From positions 101,816 to 165,815 of the forward strand of contig NZ_JALEIK010000038.1 of assembly GCF_022770205.1 (NCBI RefSeq): a stretch of 64,000 nt of DNA, read 5' to 3'. A program made the position numbers and the translations under genes. Source of the DNA: Helicobacter sp. (lineage in GTDB: Bacteria; Campylobacterota; Campylobacteria; Campylobacterales; Helicobacteraceae). How positions within the stretch are numbered: the stretch's first letter is position 1; each line of letters starts with the position of its first letter. Below the pieces are notes generated by a model. That model searched no databases and was not told the origin of the DNA. It worked only from the letters and a program-made list of their open reading frames with translations. Positions 10,010 through 18,871 of this stretch are shown one piece after another.

Positions 10010-10555
10010 TTAATGAGAAGAGGAGCTATATAGAGATCCGCTGTATTTAAAATCATAAGAAACACTAAAATTATCGCACCAAGCATTAACTCCTGTTTGA
10101 TGGTCTGTATGCCTTCTTAAGCCTTGTTGTTCTGGCGATTGAATGTGAAAAGTTAATTTGTAATTTCCCGGATTAAACTTCTTGCTTCTATCCTTCTCCA
10201 TTGGGATATTAAGTCCATAATGCGGACCATCTTTTGCAACCATAGGCACTAGAGTTCCTTTTTTAGACGCTCCATTGTCTAAATTTTTTAATTCATAATT
10301 AATTCCTAAATAAGGAATCCAATCTCCCTCTTCAAAGCCATTGACATTTTCTTTTAATGCGTGGATATCTGCTTCAATGTGAATGTCCGCATCCTTTGCT
10401 TGCAAATCTTTTTTTGGGGACATATCCATAGGTTTTAAATACACAGCAGCTAGTTCCATTCCGCATTGCTCAACTTTTCCAATTTCAATTTCTTCTACTT
10501 CGCTAGAAATTGCTAAACTAGCAATTATGCTGAATCCTAAAAATATTTTTTTCAT
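10010..10555 (-). CDS. p19: Periplasmic iron-binding protein, P19/Tp34 family
   Basis: Signal peptide; AVYL..MDM, HIEADIH, WIPYL, PMVAKDGPHYG, RHTD motifs. Confidence 0.88.
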   Translation of the reverse strand: MKKIFLGFSIIASLAISSEVEEIEIGKVEQCGMELAAVYLKPMDMSPKKDLQAKDADIHIEADIHALKENVNGFEEGDWIPYLGINYELKNLDNGASKKGTLVPMVAKDGPHYGLNIPMEKDRSKKFNPGNYKLTFHIQSPEQQGLRRHTDHQTGVNAWCDNFSVSYDFKYSGSLYSSSSH

Positions 10556-10585
10556 TATCCAATCCTTGAAATTAAATATTAAAGT

Positions 10586-10604
10586 AATAATTAATTTTAT
10601 TATT
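10586..10604 (-). promoter_or_regulatory. Fur box-like operator upstream of p19
   Basis: AATAATAAAATTAATTATT matches 13/19 of GATAATGATAATCATTATC; region is very AT-rich. Confidence 0.55.
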
Positions 10605-10793
10605 AAAATTAATTTACTATTGTATATTAAACAATCTATGTTTTAACTTAAGGCTTGCAATTTTTAGTTAAAGACTGAAGTGATTAAATAATATCTTGCA
10701 AGAGTATTAAGAGCCATTGTTGGAATCTTTGCTGGGTTTAATATTTATTTTGTTAGAATATCGCCTTGTTTTGTAAAAATTTTAGGAGTTAGA

Positions 10794-12545
10794 ATGATGA
10801 GAAGCCATTATTGCGCAGATTTAAGCGAGCAAAATATTGGGGAAGTGGTAAGTTTGTGTGGTTGGTGCAATACTTATCGCGATCACGGGGGGGTTGTGTT
10901 TATTGATTTGCGTGATAGAAGTGGTTTAATTCAGCTTGTTTTTGATCCAAGAGATTATGAAGGAGCGCATAAAATTGCAAGCGAAGTGCGTGACGAATAT
11001 GTCTTAATCGCTAAAGGAAAGGTGCGCAAAAGAGGTGAGGGGCTAGAGAATCCAAAGCTAAAAACAGGCAAAATTGAAGTGCTTGTGGAGTCTTTAGTGG
11101 TGGAAAATAAGAGTTTAACACCACCTATTGCTGTGGGTGATGAGAGTGTGGGTGAAGATGTGCGTTTAAAATACCGCTATTTAGATTTAAGAAATCCTAG
11201 ATTGCAAGAGATTTTTATCACGCGCTCTAAAGTGGCGCAAGTAGTGCGCAATACATTGAGTCATTTAGGATTTTTAGAAGTGGAAACTCCAATTTTAACA
11301 AAAGCCACACCAGAGGGGGCAAGGGATTATCTAGTGCCTAGCCGTGTGCATCACGGGGAATTTTATGCGTTACCACAAAGCCCGCAACTTTTTAAGCAAC
11401 TTTTAATGGTTAGTGGATTTGAGAGATATTTTCAAATCGCAAAATGCTTTAGAGATGAGGATTTACGCTTAGATAGACAGCCAGAATTTACACAAATTGA
11501 CTTAGAGATGAGTTTTTGTAATGCGGATGATGTAATGGGTGTGGCAGAAGAGGTGTTAAAATCTATTTTTAATGCGTGTGGAATTGCGATTGTTACGCCT
11601 TTTAAGCGTTATTCTTATAAGGAAGTGATGGAATCTTATGGGAGTGATAAGCCAGATTTACGCTTTGATTTGCCCCTTGTTGAGGTGGGGGATTTGTTTG
11701 TGGATTCTAGTAATGCAATCTTTTCTTCTATTGCAAAAGATTCTAAAAAGAATCGCTTTAAGGCACTTTGTGTTAAAGGTGGCGATAAATTCTTTAGCCG
11801 TAAAACTTTAGCTGAAGCAGAGGAGTTTGTGCGAAAATTTGGCGCAAAAGGCTTGGCTTATCTTCAAATTAAAGAGGAAAGCGCAAAGGGTCCGCTTGTG
11901 AAATTTATAAGTGAGGCAAATTTAAAAATTTTGCTTGAGCGTGTGGGGGCAAGTGTTGGGGATATTATTTTCTTTGGAGCGGGTGAGAAAAAGATTGTGT
12001 GGGACTATATGGGGCGTTTGCGTCAAAAAATCGCACAGGATATGGATTTGATTGACAAAAATGCATATAAATTCCTATGGGTTGTGGATTTTCCGATGTT
12101 TGAGCGCAATGAAGATGGAATCTCAGCGCTCCATCACCCTTTTACAATGCCTAGTAATTTAGATGCAGAGGATTTAGAGGAGATTAATTCTGTGGCGTAT
12201 GATGTGGTGCTAAATGGCTTTGAAATTGGCGGAGGAAGCATTAGAATCCATAAGCAAGAAATACAAGCGCGCGTGTTTGATTTGCTTGGAATTTCAAAAG
12301 AAGAAGCGCAGGATAAATTTAGCTTTCTTTTAGAGGCTTTGCAATTTGGTGCGCCACCCCACGGAGGTTTAGCTTTTGGACTAGATAGAATTATAATGCT
12401 TTTATGCAAGGCGCATTCAATCCGTGATGTGATTGCATTTCCTAAGACACAAAAAGCTACTTGCCCTTTAACAGATGCGCCAAGTGTTGCAAATGAAGAG
12501 CAGTTGAGAGAGTTGCATATTAGAGTGAGAGAAACTAAAAAGTAA
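10794..12545 (+). CDS. aspS: Aspartyl-tRNA synthetase
   Basis: [47 protein letters not shown]. Confidence 0.98.
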   Translation: MMRSHYCADLSEQNIGEVVSLCGWCNTYRDHGGVVFIDLRDRSGLIQLVFDPRDYEGAHKIASEVRDEYVLIAKGKVRKRGEGLENPKLKTGKIEVLVESLVVENKSLTPPIAVGDESVGEDVRLKYRYLDLRNPRLQEIFITRSKVAQVVRNTLSHLGFLEVETPILTKATPEGARDYLVPSRVHHGEFYALPQSPQLFKQLLMVSGFERYFQIAKCFRDEDLRLDRQPEFTQIDLEMSFCNADDVMGVAEEVLKSIFNACGIAIVTPFKRYSYKEVMESYGSDKPDLRFDLPLVEVGDLFVDSSNAIFSSIAKDSKKNRFKALCVKGGDKFFSRKTLAEAEEFVRKFGAKGLAYLQIKEESAKGPLVKFISEANLKILLERVGASVGDIIFFGAGEKKIVWDYMGRLRQKIAQDMDLIDKNAYKFLWVVDFPMFERNEDGISALHHPFTMPSNLDAEDLEEINSVAYDVVLNGFEIGGGSIRIHKQEIQARVFDLLGISKEEAQDKFSFLLEALQFGAPPHGGLAFGLDRIIMLLCKAHSIRDVIAFPKTQKATCPLTDAPSVANEEQLRELHIRVRETKK

Positions 12546-12555
12546 GGAGAAAAAG

Positions 12556-13128
12556 GTGAAGAAGTTATTTCTAGTGATTGGTGCGCCCGGAAGTGGGAAA
12601 ACAACAGATGCAGAGATTATTAGTAAAAACAATAGCGATTCTATGGTGCATTACTCCACAGGTGAGCTTTTGCGTGCGGAAGTTGCAAGTGGGAGCGAGT
12701 TAGGAAAGCGCATTGATAGTTTCACAAGTAGAGGGAATCTTGTGCCTTTAGAGATTGTGGTTAAAACAATTGTTGATGCGATTTCAAATGCACCAAAAAA
12801 TGTGGTGTTAATTGATGGTTATCCGCGCAGTGTGGAGCAAATGACAGAACTTGATAAGATTCTACAAGATAAAAATGATATTACGCTTGCAAGTGTGATT
12901 GAAGTAGAGGTTAGTGAGCAAACAGCTTGTGATAGGGTGTTAGGACGCGCAAGGGGGGCTGATGATAATGTGGAAGTGTTTAATAATCGTATGCGTGTGT
13001 TTCAAGAACCATTAAAGGATATTCAAGAATTTTATAGTAAAAAAGGAATCTTGCATAAAATCAATGGTGAGCGCACAATTGAAGAAATTACAAGTGAAAT
13101 GGAAGTATTTATTAAAAGCAAAATTTAA
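12556..13128 (+). CDS. adk: Adenylate kinase
   Basis: [30 protein letters not shown]. Confidence 0.96.
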   Translation: MKKLFLVIGAPGSGKTTDAEIISKNNSDSMVHYSTGELLRAEVASGSELGKRIDSFTSRGNLVPLEIVVKTIVDAISNAPKNVVLIDGYPRSVEQMTELDKILQDKNDITLASVIEVEVSEQTACDRVLGRARGADDNVEVFNNRMRVFQEPLKDIQEFYSKKGILHKINGERTIEEITSEMEVFIKSKI

Positions 13129-13139
13129 AGGAGTAAAGA

Positions 13140-13658
13140 ATGGATTTAAGCAAAATTAAAGTAGGAAGTAACCCAGATAAGTTAAATGTTGTGATTGAGA
13201 TTCCCTATGGTTCAAATATCAAATATGAAATTGATAAGGATAGTGGCGCAGTTGTCGTGGATAGAGTGATGTATAGTGCAATGTTTTATCCTGCAAATTA
13301 TGGTTTTGTGCCAAATACGCTAAGTGATGATGGAGATCCTGCTGATGTGCTTGTGATTAATGAATATCCTTTGCAGGCTGGAAGTATGATTAAGGCGCGT
13401 TTAATTGGTGTTTTGATTATGGAAGATGAGAGTGGATTAGATGAAAAACTCCTTGCTGTGCCTATCTCTAAGATTGATCCAAGATATGATGGAATCCAAA
13501 GCCTAGAGGATTTGCCACAAATTACTTTAGAGAGAATTAAAAACTTCTTTGAAACTTATAAAATGCTAGAGCCAAATAAGTGGGTGAAAGTCAAAGAATA
13601 CAAGGATTTAAACACGGCAAAAGAGATTTTGGAGAGGGCAATTAAGAATTATAAGTGA
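13140..13658 (+). CDS. ppa: Inorganic pyrophosphatase
   Basis: IKYE, DRV, YPANYGF, DGDPADV, MEDESGLDEK. Confidence 0.97.
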   Translation: MDLSKIKVGSNPDKLNVVIEIPYGSNIKYEIDKDSGAVVVDRVMYSAMFYPANYGFVPNTLSDDGDPADVLVINEYPLQAGSMIKARLIGVLIMEDESGLDEKLLAVPISKIDPRYDGIQSLEDLPQITLERIKNFFETYKMLEPNKWVKVKEYKDLNTAKEILERAIKNYK

Positions 13659-13706
13659 TTGCAAAATGGTTGATGGAATCTTTTTTGAGTTTATTAGGAT
13701 AATTAA

Positions 13707-14465
13707 ATGGAAGAATCTCTGCTTGGGTTTTTTGAGAATGCGCCGTATCTAATAAGCTTATTTGCTGGGATTTTGACTTTTCTTAGTCCCTGCGTGCTTC
13801 CGCTTATTCCTGCTTATCTTTCTTATGTGTCTGAAATTTCCTTAGATGAATTTAAAAATACAGGGGGGTTGGATTTAAAACAGCGTTTTAGAATTCTAAG
13901 AAGTGCGCTGTTATTCACGCTTGGTTTAGGGCTTGTGTTTGTTGTTTTTGGCGCAGTAGCGGCTAGAATTTTAAATGTTGGAATCCTATTAAGTCCGCTT
14001 CTGCGTTATGCAGCTGGTGGAATCCTAGTAGTTTTTGGGTTGCATATGCTAGGGATTTTTAGGATTCCATTTTTAAACTACCAAAGGACATTGCAAAAAA
14101 TACTTCCTGCAAGCGGTAACTTTGGAATCTTAAAAGAATATTTAATGCCTTTTTTGCTAGGTATTAGTTTCTCTCTTGGCTGGACGCCTTGTGTGGGTCC
14201 AATTTTAGCTAGCATTATTGCTCTTGCAAGTCTTGATGAGCAAAGCGGAATCACATTGCTTATAATTTACACGCTAGGATTAACATTGCCCTTTTTGCTT
14301 TGTGCATTGCTAATTGGCTATGCCTTTAATGCGTTAGAAGGGATTAAGCGGTATTTTAGGGTGATTAAATGGTGTGCTGGATTGTTGTTAATTTGTATTG
14401 GAATCTTAGTAGCAAGTGGTGGAATGGCAATTTTGTCTGCTTATTTAGTGCGTGCTTTTGCGTAA
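13707..14465 (+). CDS. ccdA: Cytochrome c biogenesis protein CcdA (DsbD transmembrane domain)
   Basis: FLSPCVLPLIP and WTPCVGPIL Cys motifs. Confidence 0.9.
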   Translation: MEESLLGFFENAPYLISLFAGILTFLSPCVLPLIPAYLSYVSEISLDEFKNTGGLDLKQRFRILRSALLFTLGLGLVFVVFGAVAARILNVGILLSPLLRYAAGGILVVFGLHMLGIFRIPFLNYQRTLQKILPASGNFGILKEYLMPFLLGISFSLGWTPCVGPILASIIALASLDEQSGITLLIIYTLGLTLPFLLCALLIGYAFNALEGIKRYFRVIKWCAGLLLICIGILVASGGMAILSAYLVRAFA

Positions 14466-14935
14466 TGAAAATTTGGCTTAAAAATTTTAGAGATTTAGAT
14501 GCAAAGGAAGTTGTGCTTGTGTTAGAATGGCGTAATCATAAGAATGTTGCGCCTTTTATGAGACATAAAGTGGTAACTTTGCAAGAGCATTTGTGCTTTT
14601 TGGAAAGTTTAAAAAAGGATTCCACAAAAGAATATTTTTTGGTGTTTAAAGATGCAATTCCCATTGGAGTGATTGATTTTGTAGAAATTTCATTACAATC
14701 GTGTGCATTTGGTCTTTATCAGAATCCTAGTTTAAGTGGGTTTGGTAGCATTTTAATGCAAGAAGTGCTAGAGTATGCGTTTAAAATTTTAAAGGTAAAA
14801 GAGTTAAAGGCTTGTGTTTTTAAAAATAATACTAAAGCATTAGAATTGTATTTGAAATTTGGTTTTACAATCACAAAGGAGAATGCCACAATGTATAATG
14901 TAAGCTTATGTGCGGGGGGGGGGCTTAAATTCTAA
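14465..14935 (+). CDS. PseH-like GNAT N-acetyltransferase ending in a poly-G tract
   Basis: True start ATG 14465 overlaps the ccdA stop (TAATG); LKNF..L....LEWRNH, IGVIDF, FGLY, N.KAL.LY.KFGF; G10 at 14914-14923. Confidence 0.85.
   Translation: MKIWLKNFRDLDAKEVVLVLEWRNHKNVAPFMRHKVVTLQEHLCFLESLKKDSTKEYFLVFKDAIPIGVIDFVEISLQSCAFGLYQNPSLSGFGSILMQEVLEYAFKILKVKELKACVFKNNTKALELYLKFGFTITKENATMYNVSLCAGGGLKF
14914..14923 (+). repeat. Poly-G10 tract at 3' end of first PseH-like gene
   Basis: tgcGGGGGGGGGGctt read directly. Confidence 0.9.
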
Positions 14936-14965
14936 CCCTTATTGCGTTAATTTGGGAGTGGCAGC

Positions 14966-15613
14966 GTGAGAGTTGCCATTTTAACTTCTCAATCTCAATG
15001 GTTTGTGCCTTATGCTAAGGATTTACAAGCAAAGATTCCTGATGCAAAATTGTATTTTGATGCTAAAGAAATGCTAGAATCCTTTGATGTTGTTTTTATT
15101 TTGTCTTATCACAAAATTTTAGAAAAGCATTTTTTAAAGAGACATAAACATAATATTGTTATCCACGCTTCTGCATTGCCTAAGGGAAAAGGTTGGTCGC
15201 CCTTATTTTGGCAGGTGCTAGAAGGTAAAAAAGAGATTATTTTTAGTCTTTTTCAAGCAAGTGGTGGTGTAGATTCTGGAGAAATTTATCTGCAAAAGAC
15301 ATTGCATTTAAGCGGGGTGGAACTCTATGAAGAATTAAGAGAGAAGCAGGCTGCAATGTGTAGGGAGATGGCTTTGGAATTTTTAGAAATGTATCCAAAC
15401 ATTAAAGGTGTAATGCAAGAAGGGGAGAGTAGTTTTTATGCTAAGAGAAGCAAAGAGGATTCCAAGCTTGATATTACAAAAAGTATAGAATCGCAATTTA
15501 ATCTTTTAAGAATCGTAAGCAATGAGGAGTTTCCTGCATTTTTCTATAAAGATGGAAAGAAATTCATTCTTAAAATTTATAAAGAGGATTCCGCTAACCA
15601 GGGGGGGGGATAA
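14966..15613 (+). CDS. Formyltransferase (Fmt-like, probable sugar N-formyltransferase) ending in poly-G
   Basis: HASALPKGKGWSP and VDSGEI motifs; GTG start with GGGAG SD; G9 at 15601-15609. Confidence 0.85.
   Translation: MRVAILTSQSQWFVPYAKDLQAKIPDAKLYFDAKEMLESFDVVFILSYHKILEKHFLKRHKHNIVIHASALPKGKGWSPLFWQVLEGKKEIIFSLFQASGGVDSGEIYLQKTLHLSGVELYEELREKQAAMCREMALEFLEMYPNIKGVMQEGESSFYAKRSKEDSKLDITKSIESQFNLLRIVSNEEFPAFFYKDGKKFILKIYKEDSANQGGG
15601..15609 (+). repeat. Poly-G9 tract linking the formyltransferase to the downstream GNAT domain
   Basis: ccaGGGGGGGGGataa read directly. Confidence 0.9.
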
Positions 15614-16080
15614 TTATTAGCTTAGAAAATTATGTGGATTTAGATTTAAGGACACAAAGAGAGATTTTAAGCCTTCGTAATGATGCGAGGATAAAGTCAA
15701 ATTTCTACACGCAACATACTATCACTTTACAAGAGCATTATGCCTTTATAGAATCTTTAAAGCATAATGCAGATAAGCAGTATTTTAGCATTTGCTTTTG
15801 TAAGAGAGTGCTAGGAAGCATTAATTTTTATAAAAAGGGAGAGAATGCGGAGTTTGGATTTTTTGGTAATCCTAATTTAGGCGTTAGCGGAATTGGGCGC
15901 GTGCTAGAGCAGATTAGTGTACTTTATGCCTTTAGGATTCTAAAGGTAAAGCGGTTGTGCTTAGAGGTTTTTAAGAGCAATAAGGAAGTGATTAATCTCC
16001 ACAAGAAATTTGATTTTGTGTCTTGTGGAGAAAAAATTGTTAGGGGTAAGGAGGTTTTAGTTATGTGTAAAGAGGAATAG
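15601..16080 (+). CDS. Second PseH-like GNAT domain, probably the phase-variable C-terminal domain of the formyltransferase
   Basis: Frame open from 15601 (GGGIIISLENYVDLD...) with TAA at 15595 upstream; GTG 15634 has no SD; FGFFGNP, GIGRVLE, VI.LHKKFDF. Confidence 0.75.
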   Translation, partial: GGGIIISLENYVDLDLRTQREILSLRNDARIKSNFYTQHTITLQEHYAFIESLKHNADKQYFSICFCKRVLGSINFYKKGENAEFGFFGNPNLGVSGIGRVLEQISVLYAFRILKVKRLCLEVFKSNKEVINLHKKFDFVSCGEKIVRGKEVLVMCKEE

Positions 16081-16090
16081 AATAAATCCA

Positions 16091-16624
16091 TCAATATTTT
16101 TCACATTGTTTAAACATTTCTTCAAAGGTGTTGTGTGATTGTGTAATGAGCTTAACATCATCTAAAATTAACAATGTTTCATAATTGGTTTCAAAGGCGC
16201 TTTTAGACCAATTTGCTGAGCCTAGTATAAGATGCTTGTTGTCACTAATTGCCATTTTAATGTGCATTAAGCCATTGTATTTTCCATTTTGTGAACGCTC
16301 TCCTTCTAAAAGACAAGTTTCTATATTTTTGAGCTTTGCAAGATAGCCGATTGTGGATTTATTAGGATCTTGATTGCTTTTTTTATCATAAACAATGCGC
16401 ACCTTTACACCCTTTTTTGCAGCATCTCTAATTGCCTTGCTAATTTCACGATTTGTGAAGCTGTATATTGCAATATCTAGTGTGTTTTGTGTGTTTTTGA
16501 TGGTTTGTAACAGTGCATCTAACGCCCTTTTTTGTTCTTTTGGCATAAAATACAAATCGCTCGCAAGGAGATGATTTAAACACAATATGTTAAAGCAAAA
16601 CAGAATGAAAACTTTTTTAAACAT
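16091..16624 (-). CDS. Secreted phospholipase D-family endonuclease (NucT/Nuc-like)
   Basis: Signal peptide; single HxKx4D (HIKMAISD) plus GSANWS and NYE. Confidence 0.85.
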   Translation of the reverse strand: MFKKVFILFCFNILCLNHLLASDLYFMPKEQKRALDALLQTIKNTQNTLDIAIYSFTNREISKAIRDAAKKGVKVRIVYDKKSNQDPNKSTIGYLAKLKNIETCLLEGERSQNGKYNGLMHIKMAISDNKHLILGSANWSKSAFETNYETLLILDDVKLITQSHNTFEEMFKQCEKY

Positions 16625-16704
16625 TATAATCCTTCCAAAAATTAAGATATAAATCGCTAAAATTGTAGCAATTCTTTGATTAAGCTAAGAGAAATGGAGC
16701 ATTT

Positions 16705-18198
16705 ATGAAGTTATATCTTGTTAGCAAAAATCCAATTATCAATAAACTTGTAGTCTTAAGCACTTCTAAGCTTGGTGTGGAAATGGTAGAATCTCAAGAG
16801 GTGGATATTAATATGAGTGCAGAGCTTGTATTAATGGATGATGAATGTTTTGAAGCAGAGAGTTTTACAGCATATAAGGCACAAAATACAGCAGCAAAAA
16901 CAATTTTATTCTACTCTAAGGCGACTGAACGCATTGAGGGTTTTGACACTTATATCCAAAAACCATTTTTGCCTACAGATTTAGTTAAAACTTTAAGTGA
17001 GATTTCAGGTATTAGCATAGAGGATAATACCAAAAAGAGTGTGGAGAGTGATATTTTAGAGCTTGATAGTAGTGAGGATGCAGATGTGTTGCATTTTGAT
17101 GAAGAGTTGGATTTTTCTAATTTAGATGATTTGGATTTGGAGGGTGATAAAGCGTTAAATTTAGAGAGTGATGAGGAGCTTTTAGATGGGATTGATATAA
17201 ATGTGGAATCTAAGGAAGAAATGGAAGCTCAAGATGCAAAAGAGTCTTTAGGGGAAGAAATAGAGGGTGATTTGCAAGTATTAGACAAAGAGGATGTGGA
17301 TGCTATTAAGGATTTGTTAGAAGATTCTGAGGATTCTAAAGAGGTTAGAGATGACGCTTTGCCTGAGCTTGATAAAGAAATTGGTGAAATTGCAGAAGAA
17401 ACGGAGGCTATGGATTTGTCTGGTATGGCAGATGATGCGGAAGAAGAGTTAGAAGTTATAGAACAGGATGATTCTAATGTTGCAGAATCAAAGAGTGCAG
17501 AAGTTTCAAAAAATGTTGAGATGGATTTAAATGCTTTTGATGAAGAAGCCCAGAGTCAAGAAGCAGCAGAACAAGAAGCAATGGAATCTGAAAATGCAGA
17601 TTTGGAGTCTTTGGAGGATTTAGACTTAGAAAATAAAGAATCCCTAGAAAATACAGAATTGGCAGAGAGTGTAGAAGTTATACAAACAGAAGATTTAGAG
17701 GATTTAAACAGAGAGCTAAGTGTGGAAGATTCTCTTAATAATCCCAACGCAGAGGAGATAATAAACAAGCAAGATGCTGTTGTGGAGGATGATTTAGCAG
17801 GGTTGAGTTTAGAAGGTGTTAATTTAGATGTAACGGATGAAGATGTAAGTGTGGAATCTAATACGGAAGCAACAGATGAGATTCCATTAGATAAGACGGA
17901 TTCTGCAATGGATTTGATAAGTGGCGATGATACATTTGATGCACTAAGCCTTGAAGATATGGGAGAGGCTCTAGGAGAAGCAATTCAAAAAGACCCAATC
18001 CCAGTTCCAATTCCAATTCTCACAAAAGATACTCTAAAAGATAAAGAAGCGCAATTCCCAAGTAGCATTCAGGCAAATTCATTGGAATCCTTAATTAGCA
18101 CGCTCCAAACACTCCAAACACAGGCTTTAAAAGATCTTTTAAGTGGTGCTACGATTAATATTAGTATCCAATTTCCTAAAAAAGATGAAAAAGAATGA
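16705..18198 (+). CDS. Highly acidic protein with N-terminal receiver-like domain
   Basis: Long Asp/Glu-rich low-complexity region; YIQKPFLPTDL; directly upstream of gmk. Confidence 0.75.
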   Translation: MKLYLVSKNPIINKLVVLSTSKLGVEMVESQEVDINMSAELVLMDDECFEAESFTAYKAQNTAAKTILFYSKATERIEGFDTYIQKPFLPTDLVKTLSEISGISIEDNTKKSVESDILELDSSEDADVLHFDEELDFSNLDDLDLEGDKALNLESDEELLDGIDINVESKEEMEAQDAKESLGEEIEGDLQVLDKEDVDAIKDLLEDSEDSKEVRDDALPELDKEIGEIAEETEAMDLSGMADDAEEELEVIEQDDSNVAESKSAEVSKNVEMDLNAFDEEAQSQEAAEQEAMESENADLESLEDLDLENKESLENTELAESVEVIQTEDLEDLNRELSVEDSLNNPNAEEIINKQDAVVEDDLAGLSLEGVNLDVTDEDVSVESNTEATDEIPLDKTDSAMDLISGDDTFDALSLEDMGEALGEAIQKDPIPVPIPILTKDTLKDKEAQFPSSIQANSLESLISTLQTLQTQALKDLLSGATINISIQFPKKDEKE

Positions 18199-18809
18199 AG
18201 TTAAAAGGGGCGATTCTTATTTTATCTGGTCCTAGTGGAGCTGGTAAAAGCTCATTGTGTAAAAGGTTAGCGCAAGAGTTTCCTAACCATTATTTTTCCA
18301 TCTCTTCTACTACGCGTGCAAAGCGTGATGACGAAGTGCAGGGCGTGCATTATAATTTTATCTCCAAAGATGCTTTTGAAGAAAGCATTGCTAAGAATGA
18401 GTTTTTAGAATGGGCTAGGGTGCATAACCATTACTATGGCACTTCTAGGGAGCAAGTTTTAAAAGCATTAGAGGAAGATAAGCTTGTGATTTTTGATATT
18501 GATGTGCAAGGACAAAGGAATCTTAAAAAAGTCTTTCCCTTTCACACTACAAGTGTTTTTGTAACAACCCCTAATAAAAGTGTTTTAAAGGAGCGTTTAG
18601 GGGCGCGCGGGAGTGATATTGATAGTGTTATCCAAATGCGTTTAGGGAATGCGTTAGATGAAGTGAAAAGCCTGCCAAATTATGATTATTTAATCGTTAA
18701 TGCAAATTTAGAGGAAGCCACAAGCAAGTTAATATGTATCGCAAAAAGTGCATTTTGTAAAACTTCTCTTTATGCGTTGGAATCCTTTTTGCAAAATTGG
18801 GAAAAATAA
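18195..18809 (+). CDS. gmk: Guanylate kinase
   Basis: SGPSGAGKS, SSTTR, FLEWARVH..YYGT, DIDVQG. Confidence 0.97.
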   Translation: MKLKGAILILSGPSGAGKSSLCKRLAQEFPNHYFSISSTTRAKRDDEVQGVHYNFISKDAFEESIAKNEFLEWARVHNHYYGTSREQVLKALEEDKLVIFDIDVQGQRNLKKVFPFHTTSVFVTTPNKSVLKERLGARGSDIDSVIQMRLGNALDEVKSLPNYDYLIVNANLEEATSKLICIAKSAFCKTSLYALESFLQNWEK

Positions 18810-18871
18810 ATTTTCTACAAGATTAAGGCATAAAACGCTAGAATTGCGAAATTTTAACCCAAAGAGATTCT

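Noticed and set aside
10887-10893. G7 run in aspS as a contingency locus
   Set aside because: Short, encodes the conserved HGGV motif of an essential gene
14369-14464. ORF-track N-terminal extension of the PseH-like gene
   Set aside because: Overlaps ccdA in another frame; ATG 14465 coupled to the ccdA stop fits the family N-terminus
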